64,000 nt of DNA from an uncultured Clostridia bacterium (GCA_944383915.1 CALWRJ010000023.1:10274-74273); one strand, 5' to 3'. Numbered from the stretch's first letter, positions 17,527 to 27,292 are shown. Notes: generated from the sequence alone by a model not told the origin. Program-made: numbers and translations.

Positions 17527-18320
17527 ATATAGTTCTCATAAAACGAAGCCAAGCGATTTTGGAGTTCCATATTATAAAATCTAACTGATTTAATGGGCGC
17601 GAGCAAATTATTTAGGCTGATTAGGAGCGCGTTTAAAATTTTAAAGTTTTTGAGTTCGATTGCGGTAATGAGAGCGTCTAGGGTGATGTTTAGGTCATCG
17701 AAGCGGTCGGGCTTGATGTGTGTGTCGAGTTTGATAGTTTCTTTAATTTGGTTGAAAATAATTTTCAAGTCCTCAAACAACGATTCGACCGAGTTCACCT
17801 CGTTCTCCTCCTCCAAAATTTCGTCATTTTCGTCTTGAATTCTTTCGTCTAAAATCATATTCTTTTGTTCCCCTTTTTTTGTTTTAAACCCCACCCAATC
17901 GCACAAGTATTCGCAAAACGGGTCGACCATTTCATCATTGAAACGGTGAAAACTTTCCGCCAAACTTTCCGCCGAAAAATACTGGTGCACGAACTCCTGC
18001 AAGTCTAGTTTCCTAGTATCAAATTCGGTGAGCACGCTAAAAACGAGGGCGATGACGCGGTAAGGCTCGGCAGGGAGATTGATGTGCTGATTTCCTTCCA
18101 AGTCTACGCTCGTGCATTTATTCATTTCGCTTTCAAGATTAAAGCCAACGAGCGCGTCCCCAACGATTTCCACAAGCGTAGGACTAGACACAATACTACG
18201 GAGCACTTTGCTAACTTTCGCGTCCGCTAAAATAATTTTTGAGCCTTTCAACTCCTGGCAAGCATCGTAAAATGCCTTGATTTGCTCGTTTTCCACAACA
18301 ACCGCCTCCATTTTTTGCAT
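17523..18320 (-). CDS. hypothetical acidic protein (265 aa)
   Basis: ORF track only. No motif recognised. The stop codon lies inside a 12-bp-stem hairpin. Confidence 0.5.
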   Translation of the reverse strand: MQKMEAVVVENEQIKAFYDACQELKGSKIILADAKVSKVLRSIVSSPTLVEIVGDALVGFNLESEMNKCTSVDLEGNQHINLPAEPYRVIALVFSVLTEFDTRKLDLQEFVHQYFSAESLAESFHRFNDEMVDPFCEYLCDWVGFKTKKGEQKNMILDERIQDENDEILEEENEVNSVESLFEDLKIIFNQIKETIKLDTHIKPDRFDDLNITLDALITAIELKNFKILNALLISLNNLLAPIKSVRFYNMELQNRLASFYENYM

Positions 18321-18461
18321 AATTATACATTATTATAGCATATATGCGAAAAAATTAAAAATGATTTTATGCCTTTTTCCAACAAAAATGTACAAAGTTT
18401 TAATTGCTTAAAGTAAATCATTGTGGTATAATAAAATCGTTTTATCAAGGGAGAAAGTTTT

Positions 18462-19004
18462 GTGAAATTAGAATTTAGCAATGATGATTTTAAGACGAAG
18501 TTAATGCTTCTTTATATGCTCGAGCAGATTGAAATTCCACTCACCGAACAATTTATTTTGGACATTTTGACGACTCGAAACGACTGGATAAATTATATGG
18601 AGTGCGTGTCCGTTTTCCACGATTTGCTTCGCGATGGCTTTATATACACCCCAGACGGCGAGGATTCGCAACGCCAAAGATACACGCTTTCGGCAAAAGG
18701 CAGGAGCGCGCTCGATATCTATTACGAGGAAGTCCCAGAAAATATTCGCCAGGAAATGAGCGAGTTCTGCAAATCAAACAGAATGTACTTTAAAAGGCTT
18801 CAAGAGTTTGTCGCCGATTTCCGCAAAAATAGTGACGGTACATACCTTGTCACCCTGCGAATTATCGAAACGGCGAGCAGTGAGCCGATGTTTGAGATTA
18901 GCATAAACTTGCAAACAAGGGCTGACGCTGTGCGTGCTGTCGAGGTTTGGACGGACAAAGCGCCAAGTATGTACGAATTTGTGTACACGAATCTTTTATC
19001 TTAA
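18462..19004 (+). CDS. DUF4364-family protein (180 aa)
   Basis: GTG start after AGGGAGAAAG. The N-terminal pattern KLMLLYML..I..PLT..QI.DIL resembles the Clostridia DUF4364 family (recall). Confidence 0.5.
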   Translation: MKLEFSNDDFKTKLMLLYMLEQIEIPLTEQFILDILTTRNDWINYMECVSVFHDLLRDGFIYTPDGEDSQRQRYTLSAKGRSALDIYYEEVPENIRQEMSEFCKSNRMYFKRLQEFVADFRKNSDGTYLVTLRIIETASSEPMFEISINLQTRADAVRAVEVWTDKAPSMYEFVYTNLLS

Positions 19005-19025
19005 AAATAAGGGGGCAAAAAAAAT

Positions 19026-19343
19026 ATGGAAGTTTATAGACCAGATGGCACCTGTGCCAGACAAATTTTATTTGAGGTGGACAAAAACGGAATTTTGACC
19101 GACCTTCGCATTTTAGGTGGTTGCCCAGGTGGAATGCAGGCACTAATTCGATTTAGTGTAGGGCGACCAGTGGCGGAAATTATAGACAAGTGCTACGGAA
19201 TAAAATGCAAGAACAACACGAGTTGCCCCGAACAACTCGCGCTCGCGCTCCGCTATTACATCGAGCGCAAACAAAGAGAAAGACAGGGCGAAATTAACGA
19301 ACACCACCCACGCGGACACCCAAAAACTTTGCCGATACACTGA
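19026..19343 (+). CDS. TSCPD-domain protein (TIGR03905-like, 105 aa)
   Basis: AAGGGGG RBS. Motifs GGCPGG and TSCPEQLALAL are typical of the small TSCPD-domain family. Confidence 0.65.
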   Translation: MEVYRPDGTCARQILFEVDKNGILTDLRILGGCPGGMQALIRFSVGRPVAEIIDKCYGIKCKNNTSCPEQLALALRYYIERKQRERQGEINEHHPRGHPKTLPIH

Positions 19344-19406
19344 TAACAAAAAGCACAAGCAATATGCTTGCGCTTTTTTGCACTTTATATTAACCGTTGC
19401 ACTTTT

Positions 19407-21515
19407 TTAAGCCGTTGTTCTGCCCCCATCACCTGCTGTGCGTTCAGTTGATGCGGTTGCTGCGTTTCTCTCTCGTGTGCTAGCATTGTTGCGTGCTGCT
19501 TGCTCTAGCCTTTCTTGAACATTTGCTGGGTTAATTGATTCCATATAACTATTTAAAAGGTCTATTTCCTCATCAGTTAAGGTGTCTCCTGCTGCCATTC
19601 TTTCCACTAAGTCTTGCGCTCTTGCGAAGTCGTCAGCAGTTAATGGTTGCTCGGTTTGCTCTTGTACAACTGGTGGCACTTCACCTTCTAATGCTTCCGC
19701 TTCCATTGGTGTTGCCTCGGGCGCTTGCGCTTCGGCGGCTTGTTGCCTACCTTCCCATGTACGCATATCAGGTCTTGAAGTCAACTCTGGATTAAACACT
19801 GCGTCCATTTGGTCTTGCGATACCCATCTTTCGTTGATAACTTCTTGATTAAATGGCTTTTGAATAGGGCCTTCATTCTTAAATTCCTCTTGTGCTTGCT
19901 TAACAACTTCATCAAGCCCTAATTTTGATGGTGGCGTGTTGCCACTAAGAATTGCATCAATGTTCGCCTGCGTAACAGGTTTGCCACGGTCTTGCAAAAC
20001 TTTGAGTTCCTCGTAAACTTGCAAGTCTACAACTTTTCCGTTTACCTCGTACTCCCCTTTTTCGTTCTTGCCTAATTGGTAACCAACAGGGTTGTTGTAA
20101 TAGTCTTGCATACCTTGGCTAGCGTTTGCCATTGCGTCTGCCATATCTTGAGTTCTTTGCTGTTCTGCTTGTTTTTGTTGTTCAACTTGCTGGTTGTATG
20201 CGTCAACGAAACCAGATTGTTGAAGGGTTTCCGCCATTTGTTTACCCATGGCTTCTCTCGCCTTTTTCTCTTGAAGTTCTACATCCCTACTCTGTCTTAA
20301 AGCAACTTCTTTAAAAGCAAGTCCGTTTATAGTAATAGTTTGTCCGTCCTTAGAGAAAGTAACCTCTTTGCCCTGGTTGATTTTAATCAAAGTGTTTTTG
20401 TTTGCCTCAATCATAGCAGTTGTGATTTCAACGCCGAATTGTTGAGTTAGGTAATCGCTCAATTCTTGCGCGTTTACCTGGTAATTAGCGATTTCATCCT
20501 TAGTTTGTTTAAGCCACGCGTCATAGTCCGCCGCGTTTTTCTTAATAAATGTACCGTCTTTTTGTTGAATGTAGTGGTAGTCCTTCGTCTTAATGTGGCG
20601 AAGTCCATCAAGGTCGGTCGTCATACTCTCAAAGTCTTTTGCTCTTAAAGTCTCGTCTACGCCTGGAATGTTGATTTTCGACCTCCACAAGTGCCAACGC
20701 GCGCGAAGTTTCAAGTCGCCCGTGTCACCCTTGTAACAGTGCGTTTCGGACAAAAACGGGTTACCTGTAATTTCCCTAACATTCGCACCAATATCAAGGC
20801 TCTTAATTTTCCAACATCCTGCGACACAGCCCTTTCCTATTACTTCTGTTTTTGGTGGGAACACAAAATCTCCACGCCCACCAAAACGCGCACGGCGTTG
20901 GTCCACAAGATTTTTGCACCCTGCCCACGCATAATCACCAATGATACGAACCTCACAGTCTGGTCCATATGTAACGTGGCGAAGGTGCGGGTTGTCCGCA
21001 CAAGCGCTGTTTCCTATTTCTACCACATTGCGCATTTTATCAAGTGGCAAATCACGAATTGCAGTGCCACGAAGTGCGTTGTCGCCGATATAGGTTGCTT
21101 GTTCTAGCACTTCAAAATTAGCATCTACAAGATTTCTAGCGCCATCAAAACTCCCCGCTGGAATTCCGTCAAGTATGGGTGAAAAACGAACCACACGCAA
21201 GTGCATTGCGTTTTGCGCATAGTTTGGGTCGATAGACCTAACGGTTGGGTCCATAACAATACGGAACATAGTTTTCTTGTCCGCATCACTAAAACGCCCT
21301 GCCTCTACCGCGTGAACGACCTTTTCTCCTAAAAATTTTGGAACGACTTGGCTCAAAGCATCACTGCTCGCCTCACGCATTTCTCTGCCTGCCAAAGTGA
21401 ATCTCATACCAAAATTAGATAATGCCGTTGCATAACGATTACGGTCGCGAGGTGGATTAGCATTCGCCATAGCAACTCTTTCTGCATCGGTCAATGGTTG
21501 GTTTGGTTCTGCCAT
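19407..21515 (-). CDS. large cytoplasmic protein with degenerate LRR_5 (BspA-type) repeats and a long Q/E-rich C-terminal region (702 aa)
   Basis: ORF-track ORF 19407-21560. I prefer the ATG at 21515, 8 nt after GGGAG. LRR_5-like units include IGDNALRG, IGNSACADN, IIGDYAWAGCKNL and VIGKGCVAGCWKIKSL. No signal peptide. Visibly higher GC than its neighbours. Confidence 0.55.
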   Translation of the reverse strand: MAEPNQPLTDAERVAMANANPPRDRNRYATALSNFGMRFTLAGREMREASSDALSQVVPKFLGEKVVHAVEAGRFSDADKKTMFRIVMDPTVRSIDPNYAQNAMHLRVVRFSPILDGIPAGSFDGARNLVDANFEVLEQATYIGDNALRGTAIRDLPLDKMRNVVEIGNSACADNPHLRHVTYGPDCEVRIIGDYAWAGCKNLVDQRRARFGGRGDFVFPPKTEVIGKGCVAGCWKIKSLDIGANVREITGNPFLSETHCYKGDTGDLKLRARWHLWRSKINIPGVDETLRAKDFESMTTDLDGLRHIKTKDYHYIQQKDGTFIKKNAADYDAWLKQTKDEIANYQVNAQELSDYLTQQFGVEITTAMIEANKNTLIKINQGKEVTFSKDGQTITINGLAFKEVALRQSRDVELQEKKAREAMGKQMAETLQQSGFVDAYNQQVEQQKQAEQQRTQDMADAMANASQGMQDYYNNPVGYQLGKNEKGEYEVNGKVVDLQVYEELKVLQDRGKPVTQANIDAILSGNTPPSKLGLDEVVKQAQEEFKNEGPIQKPFNQEVINERWVSQDQMDAVFNPELTSRPDMRTWEGRQQAAEAQAPEATPMEAEALEGEVPPVVQEQTEQPLTADDFARAQDLVERMAAGDTLTDEEIDLLNSYMESINPANVQERLEQAARNNASTRERNAATASTERTAGDGGRTTA

Positions 21516-21602
21516 AAAAAATTCTCCCTTTTTTCTTTTATTATAGTTATATTGTACCATTTTTCAAATAAAATGTCAATATTTGTAGGAAAAAAACTAA
21601 AT

Positions 21603-21805
21603 AATTAGTGCCGTAGGACACTAATTATTAATTAGCAATTAGCAATTAGCAATTAGCAGTTAAGGAAGGTATTTTCTAAATATAAAATTATTTTTGGAAA
21701 TAACTCCTTAATTCAAAATTTCTAATTCAAAATTCAAAATTGGAGCGTAAGCGAGTAGGCTTCGCGCGCACGCGCCCATTAACTGCTAATTGCTAATTGC
21801 TAATT
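21603..21805. repeat. mosaic intergenic element L2
   Basis: (AATTAGC)x4 at 21630-21657 is inverted relative to AACTGCTAATTGCTAATTGCTAATT at 21781-21805. AATTCAA-type array at 21710-21741. GC junction GTAGGCTTCGCGCGCACGCGC. Confidence 0.9.
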
Positions 21806-23036
21806 AAATTTTGAACTTGCGTTCAAAATTTTTAGACTGTCTGTGTATATTTAGTAAAATACCGAAAGACGCTAAAAACATAATTAAACTAGTGCTTCCT
21901 GCCGAAACGAGCGGAAGCGGTAGTCCAGTTGGTGGAATTGTGCCGGTAACAACTGCGATATTTAGGACGACTTGAATCGTAAGAATAGTTGTTATTCCCG
22001 TTGCGAGATAGCACCCAAAACGGTCTTTTGCGTGAATTGCGATTTTAAAGCCGAAGTAAATTACTCCCAAAAATGCTAAAATCAGCAAAATGCACCCAAC
22101 GAAGCCCAACTCTTCGCCTATTATGCTAAAAATGAAATCGCTTTCGCTAAACGGCAGAAAACTATATTTTTGGCGACTATTAAAGAGCCCAACGCCGAAC
22201 CACCCGCCCGAGCCGAGCGAATATAGAGATTGTATTAACTGAAAGCCTTCGCCCTGCGGACTCGCCCACGGGTCTAAAAATGCAAACAACCTATTTAGCC
22301 TATATGGTTCGATTATAATTAAGAGTGGAATAAGAAGTATTGCTGGAATTGCGAGAAGTGACAAGTGCTTAATTCGCATTCCGCCCACCAACAGCATCAC
22401 CACCATTAACGCGCCCACGCACATAGTTATAGACATATTCGGCTCTAATAAGATAAGCACGCACATTCCCGCCCCCGCGAGAAGCACAGGCAACGCACCG
22501 CGAAAGGTGTTCATTTTGTCCTTGTGGCTCGCCATATAACTAGCGCTAAAAATGATAAAGCAAAATTTCGCGACTTCGCTTGCCTGGAAAGAGAACGCAC
22601 CGAACCCTATCCACCGTTTCGCTCCGTACGACTCAATGCCGATTCCTGGTATAAAGACGATTGCAAGGAGAATAAACCCCACAGCGAGCGCGACATACCC
22701 GATTTTTGAAAGCCACGAGTAATTTATATTATAGCATAAAAATAGCGCTACTAGCCCTAACACCACGCCGATAATTTGTTTAGTGGCGAAAAACATCGAG
22801 TCGCCGTAGTTTTGGAGCGCGGTATAACTAGACGCCGAGTATACCATTATAATTCCAAAAATCGAGATACCTAGCACGAGCAAAAATAGTGGCAGGTGAA
22901 ATTTATTCTTTCCGCGATACCAAAATTCAACTTTGTTCGCTTTTTTTGGAATATTAAATATCTTTGTATTCGCTAACAAGTCCGCTGAAATATTCCCCCC
23001 TTTCCTCAAAATTTGCAAATTCATCAAAGGACGCAC
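21804..23036 (-). CDS. ftsW: FtsW/RodA/SpoVE-family peptidoglycan polymerase
   Basis: Polytopic SEDS protein (MVYSASSY..., GWFGVGL, LPLPLVSAGSTS) in dcw context after murD. The start is uncertain, because the ORF overlaps the murD 3' end by about 80 nt and no clean RBS is visible. The stop abuts a heptamer array. Confidence 0.8.
   Translation of the reverse strand: MRPLMNLQILRKGGNISADLLANTKIFNIPKKANKVEFWYRGKNKFHLPLFLLVLGISIFGIIMVYSASSYTALQNYGDSMFFATKQIIGVVLGLVALFLCYNINYSWLSKIGYVALAVGFILLAIVFIPGIGIESYGAKRWIGFGAFSFQASEVAKFCFIIFSASYMASHKDKMNTFRGALPVLLAGAGMCVLILLEPNMSITMCVGALMVVMLLVGGMRIKHLSLLAIPAILLIPLLIIIEPYRLNRLFAFLDPWASPQGEGFQLIQSLYSLGSGGWFGVGLFNSRQKYSFLPFSESDFIFSIIGEELGFVGCILLILAFLGVIYFGFKIAIHAKDRFGCYLATGITTILTIQVVLNIAVVTGTIPPTGLPLPLVSAGSTSLIMFLASFGILLNIHRQSKNFERKFKI
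21806..21831 (-). terminator. AT-rich hairpin covering the last codons of ftsW
   Basis: AAATTTTGAAC-TTGC-GTTCAAAATTT, directly abutting the heptamer array. Confidence 0.45.
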
Positions 23037-24303
23037 ACGCAGGGCTTAATAGCACGATTTCGTCCTTTTTCGCTCCCTGTTTTGCACAAATAAAGGCAGA
23101 AAGCAGATTTTTACACAAGAAAATTCCCTGCCTTTTCTCTTTTTGCGCGATTTTAGCAATTTTCTTACCCATTTTTCCAAAACACACAAGGCGAACAACA
23201 TTGTTCGGTAGTTTTGCGATAAATTTTTTAAAGTTCTCGCCCTTATCACTTCCGCCTAATAGTAGCCAAATTTTCTTATCGCCGAACGCGTCAACTGCCA
23301 TTTTTGATGACGCGATGTTTGTGGCTTTAGAGTCGTCATAATAAAGCGCACCATTGATTTTCCCCACAAACTCGAGCCTATGTTTCGGCGCTCGAAGTGT
23401 ACGCACCGCCTTTTCAATTACTTCGGGCAAAATGCCAGAATACAAAGCAAGCGAAACTGCGCACAATAGGTTACTTTTGTTATGCTCGCCCACAAGTTTA
23501 AATTTTGAAATATTAATAATCGGCTTTATTTCGTCACCCTTACGCGTAAAAATTTCGTTATCGCGCAAAAAAAAGCCGTTAAAACCGCGCGGAAGTTCGC
23601 CCGTACTAAAATACTCGCAGTTTGTCTTGTTTTCTCCTAGCGTGCGGGTAATGTAGTCATCAAAATTTAAGAAAACCCTGCCTTCTCCCACGCGACTTAA
23701 AATTATCTTTTTGGCATCGAGATAGTTATCAAAAGTCTTGTATCGGTCTAAATGGTCGGGCTCGATGTTCGTTATCCCCACCGCGTATGGCGAAAAGCCT
23801 GCCGAATTTTCGAGTTGAAAACTACTCACTTCGCACACAACGCTATCTTTCAGCGCGATTTTGTCCACAACGCTACTAAACGGCGTACCGATGTTACCGA
23901 GCGCCCAAGTTTTCTTTTTTGCGTACTTTAAAATTTGCGCTAAAAAAGTGGCTGTGGTCGTTTTTCCGTTCGTTCCCGTGATTGCGTAAATCGGCGCAGG
24001 ACAAAATCGGCTAGAATACGCAAGTTCGCCCTCTATTTCGATTCCTTTTTCTTTAATAATGTTTATTATCTTTTTATCAAGCACAACGCCAGGGCTAATT
24101 ATTATTTTCGTAACCCCCGAAAGCGATTTTGCGCAGAGTTTGTCCACGACTTCCACGCTTTTTGGTATCAAATTTTTGTCTATAAAATCACGCGCCTTGC
24201 CCTTTTCTTTATCAAATACTGCTGTATACTCATTATTTTTCACTAAAAAATTAGTTACACTTACTCCGCTAGAACCAAGTCCCACGACTAAAAACTTTTC
24301 CAT
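22954..24303 (-). CDS. murD: UDP-N-acetylmuramoylalanine--D-glutamate ligase
   Basis: Mur ligase P-loop GTNGKTTTATF. AAGGGGGG RBS. Position between mraY and ftsW. Confidence 0.85.
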   Translation of the reverse strand: MEKFLVVGLGSSGVSVTNFLVKNNEYTAVFDKEKGKARDFIDKNLIPKSVEVVDKLCAKSLSGVTKIIISPGVVLDKKIINIIKEKGIEIEGELAYSSRFCPAPIYAITGTNGKTTTATFLAQILKYAKKKTWALGNIGTPFSSVVDKIALKDSVVCEVSSFQLENSAGFSPYAVGITNIEPDHLDRYKTFDNYLDAKKIILSRVGEGRVFLNFDDYITRTLGENKTNCEYFSTGELPRGFNGFFLRDNEIFTRKGDEIKPIINISKFKLVGEHNKSNLLCAVSLALYSGILPEVIEKAVRTLRAPKHRLEFVGKINGALYYDDSKATNIASSKMAVDAFGDKKIWLLLGGSDKGENFKKFIAKLPNNVVRLVCFGKMGKKIAKIAQKEKRQGIFLCKNLLSAFICAKQGAKKDEIVLLSPACASFDEFANFEERGEYFSGLVSEYKDI

Positions 24304-24312
24304 TCGCCCCCC

Positions 24313-25305
24313 TTAGATAACGAGCATCGCACTAATGACGCCCGCCAAAATTGTTACAATTATATATATGGCGACAATTTTACTTTCATTCACACCTTTT
24401 TTCTCAAAATGATGATGGAGGGGCGCCATTAAGAAAATTCGCCTTTTCGTGCGCTTAAAGTGGAGCACTTGAATAATTACACTTACCGCACTTACCACAA
24501 AAACTATGCACAAAATTGGTAAAATTAGCGTTTCGCGAGAGAAAACCGCTAGACAAGTAATTAGTCCGCCCAACGCTAGCGAGCCTGTGTCCCCCATAAA
24601 AATTTTTGCAGGGTAACTATTGTACATCAAAAAGGCAAGGACGCCCCCACTTGCGCTCGCGCCTAATAATGCTAAATTATTAATTTCGCTTGAAAGCCCA
24701 AGACTTCCGCCTTCGCTTATATAACTTTGGTTAGAAACGCACAAAATCACCGTTAAAAAGGCGAGCATTACAAAACTTGTCCAGCCCGCGAGCCCGTCTA
24801 GTCCGTCTGTTAGGTTTGCCGAGTTCGTCATCGCAAGAAATACGAAAATAATAAGCGGAATAATTCCCCACGACAAGTCTAGTTCGCCCCACGGAGTATT
24901 TAAAATCGTGCCGATATCGGTATTTGTGTACACATAAATCGCTACAATCACCGCAATTCCCAACTGCCCGAGCGCCTTTTGGTATGCGCGCAGTCCTAAG
25001 TTTTTGTGCGTATGCACCTTTATAAAATCGTCTAAAAAGCCGAGCAACGCGTAACTAAAAAAGACACCGATTGCCACGTACAAAATACTTGCTTGTCCAC
25101 TCGCGAAAAACAAGGGCACGGTTATTATCGGCAGTATAAAAATCAGCCCGCCCATCGTTGGAGTGCCTTGTTTTCCCTTATGCGCGGTTACATACTGTAA
25201 AATTTCTTGCCTAGCGCCCACTTTTTTAGCCATTTTTATAACAAGTGGCCCCAGCACAGCGCCAAAGGCGAATGTAACCAAAAAGACAAGCAAAATCGTT
25301 AGCAT
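24313..25305 (-). CDS. mraY: phospho-N-acetylmuramoyl-pentapeptide transferase
   Basis: Polytopic protein with GTPTMGG, DDFIKV, NLTDGLDGLA and MGDTGSLALGG motifs. Its start overlaps the murE stop by 7 nt. Confidence 0.9.
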   Translation of the reverse strand: MLTILLVFLVTFAFGAVLGPLVIKMAKKVGARQEILQYVTAHKGKQGTPTMGGLIFILPIITVPLFFASGQASILYVAIGVFFSYALLGFLDDFIKVHTHKNLGLRAYQKALGQLGIAVIVAIYVYTNTDIGTILNTPWGELDLSWGIIPLIIFVFLAMTNSANLTDGLDGLAGWTSFVMLAFLTVILCVSNQSYISEGGSLGLSSEINNLALLGASASGGVLAFLMYNSYPAKIFMGDTGSLALGGLITCLAVFSRETLILPILCIVFVVSAVSVIIQVLHFKRTKRRIFLMAPLHHHFEKKGVNESKIVAIYIIVTILAGVISAMLVI

Positions 25306-26798
25306 CGTTTACTTTCGTTGCTCCTTTCTCTAAATTCTTGCACCGTTTCAAAGTCCGAATAATGCACTTTTTTGCCCATAATATCGAGATAATCTTCCGC
25401 GCCTTTGCCAGCAATCACCGCCACATCGCCACTATTTAGCCTTTCAAGCGCGTAGAATATGGCTTGCTTGCGGTCTGGAATCGAAATGTGGCTAGACTTA
25501 CTCATTCCTTTTTCGATGTCTAAAATAATGCTTTCGGGCTTTTCGAGTCGCGGGTTGTCGCTTGTTAGCACGGTAAAATCGGCAACATTTTCGCTAATTT
25601 CCCCCATAATCGCGCGTTTACTTGTATCCCTATTTCCGCCACAGCCGAATACTGAAATCAGCCTGCCTTTCGTTATTTTACGCATAGTTGAAAGGATATT
25701 TTCCAGTCCGTCTGGCGTGTGCGCGTAGTCGATTACAACCCCTGCGCCGTTGTTTAGCCTAATAATATTTATGCGCCCAGGCACGAAGTCCATACTATTT
25801 AGCCCCTCTTTTATCGCTTCCAAACTTACGCCCACCGAGTAGCAAGCAGAAGCCGATGCAAGTGCGTTATATATATTAAATTCCCCAATAAGTCGCGTAT
25901 TTATGCATATAAGATTGTCGTCAATATTCAAAAAATAGTGCGTGCCGTTAAGGTCGTACTTTATGGCGGTTGCAAAATTGTCCGCTGGCGAATTTATGCC
26001 GTAACTTACAACACAAAAATTACTTTTTTGTATATTTTGCATAGCGATAACTATATCTTGCCCAAGGCTATCATCGGCGTTCACAATGGTTATCGTGCAG
26101 TATTTAGGCTTTAAAAATTTCGATTTTGTATCTCGGTAATTTTCGAAAGTGCCGAAAAAGTCCAAGTGGTCTTGCGTAACATTTGTAAGCACGCCGACAT
26201 CGAAGCGGACGCCAGCGAGTTTGTTTAGTGCAATCGCGTGCGCGCTCACTTCCATAACGACTGTATCGACTTTACTATCCGCCATTTCCCTAAAAATTCG
26301 CTGTAATTCGAGGGGGTCTGGAGTTGTAAGGTTACTTTCAAAATGGTTTTCGCCGATAAAGTAACCGAGCGTGCCGATTAGCCCAACTTTCTGCCCCGCG
26401 CTCTCTAAAATGGACTTAATCATATAAGTTGTGGTCGTTTTGCCGTTTGTCCCCGTTATGCCGATTAGTCTAAAATTTTGCCGAGGGTTGCCGAAATAAT
26501 TCACCGCCATTTTGCTCAATGCCGAACGCGTTTCGCCCACGACAATTTGCGGAATTTCCAGCCCATCGATTTTTCGCTCGACAACAACGGCGCGCGCCCC
26601 CTTATCTTGTGCAGTCCGCGCGAAGTCGTGCCCGTCCGCCTTTTCCCCTTTCAAGCACACGAAAACATCACCCTGCCTCACCTTGTTACTGTCTATCTCA
26701 ATCTTGTTTATCTCTAATTCCCCAAAATCTTTTCCGCCAGCATTAATTCCGCCAAAATCTGCTAAATCAATTCCCTTTAAAATCTGCTCTAACTTCAC
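25299..26798 (-). CDS. murE: UDP-MurNAc-L-Ala-D-Glu--2,6-diaminopimelate ligase
   Basis: GTNGKTTTTYM P-loop and a DNPR motif (LTSDNPR) typical of meso-DAP-adding MurE. GTG start after AAGGAG. Confidence 0.85.
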   Translation of the reverse strand: MKLEQILKGIDLADFGGINAGGKDFGELEINKIEIDSNKVRQGDVFVCLKGEKADGHDFARTAQDKGARAVVVERKIDGLEIPQIVVGETRSALSKMAVNYFGNPRQNFRLIGITGTNGKTTTTYMIKSILESAGQKVGLIGTLGYFIGENHFESNLTTPDPLELQRIFREMADSKVDTVVMEVSAHAIALNKLAGVRFDVGVLTNVTQDHLDFFGTFENYRDTKSKFLKPKYCTITIVNADDSLGQDIVIAMQNIQKSNFCVVSYGINSPADNFATAIKYDLNGTHYFLNIDDNLICINTRLIGEFNIYNALASASACYSVGVSLEAIKEGLNSMDFVPGRINIIRLNNGAGVVIDYAHTPDGLENILSTMRKITKGRLISVFGCGGNRDTSKRAIMGEISENVADFTVLTSDNPRLEKPESIILDIEKGMSKSSHISIPDRKQAIFYALERLNSGDVAVIAGKGAEDYLDIMGKKVHYSDFETVQEFRERSNESKRC

Positions 26799-26956
26799 CC
26801 CATTATCTCCTTTTAATCTTATGATATGAAAATATTTTTTTCAAAATTAGCAATTAGCAATTAGCAATTAGCAGTTAAGGAAGTTATTTCCTAAATAATA
26901 ATTTATTAATTTCAACCACAATTCCTAATTACTAATTATTAATTATTTTATTTTTT

Positions 26957-27030
26957 GTCCTACGCGGACAGCGGTGCGGTAGACCGCACAAGTCATTAGC
27001 GTATGCAAGCATACGCGAAAGTCCGTAAAT
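26957..27030 (+). repeat. GC hairpin cassette c1 (74 nt), identical to 45057-45130
   Basis: GTCCTACGCGGAC, GTGCGGTAGACCGCAC, CATTA, GCGTATGC-AA-GCATACGC, GAAAGTCCGTAAAT. Confidence 0.9.
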
Positions 27031-27090
27031 ATTATTGCTTTTCTTTTTTTACTATACCCAGCCATAACTGCTAATTGCTAATTGCTAATT

Positions 27091-27156
27091 CGCGTGCAAC
27101 GCGTAAGCCCCCGCTGGCTCATTAGCGTATGCAAGCATACGCGAAAGTCCGTAAAT
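27091..27156 (+). repeat. GC hairpin cassette c3
   Basis: CGCGTGCAACGCG hairpin, then TAAGCCCCCGCTGGCTCATTA, then the same GCGTATGC-AA-GCATACGC hairpin and the GAAAGTCCGTAAAT tail. Confidence 0.9.
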
Positions 27157-27261
27157 AATATTGCTTTACTTTATTTTGTTTTTGATTAATTAAAAAAGGA
27201 AGTTTATTTATCTATTAAAAAGCTTCGCGCGCACGCGCACATTAACTGCTAATTGCTAATT

Positions 27262-27292
27262 TTTTATTAAAACTTTTCAAGTTTTAATAAAA
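27262..27292 (-). terminator. 12-bp AT-rich hairpin with the PBP stop codon in its loop
   Basis: TTTTATTAAAAC-TTTTCAA-GTTTTAATAAAA. Confidence 0.45.

Larger units (their letters stand above)
26845..27261. repeat. mosaic intergenic element L3 (between murE and the PBP gene)
   Basis: (AATTAGC)x4 at 26845-26872. CCTAATT/ACTAATT arrays. Two GC cassettes (26957-27030 and 27091-27156). GCTAATT arrays at 27067-27090 and 27244-27261. Junction GCTTCGCGCGCACGCGC. Confidence 0.9.

Noticed and set aside
27011-27030. The cassette tail GCGAAAGTCCGTAAAT (and GGAAAGTCATCCGT in the long copy) recalls the RNase P RNA CR-I motif GGAAAGUCC
   Set aside because: Only about 9 nt match. The elements are 50-130 nt long, occur in many copies, and lack the other universally conserved RNase P regions.
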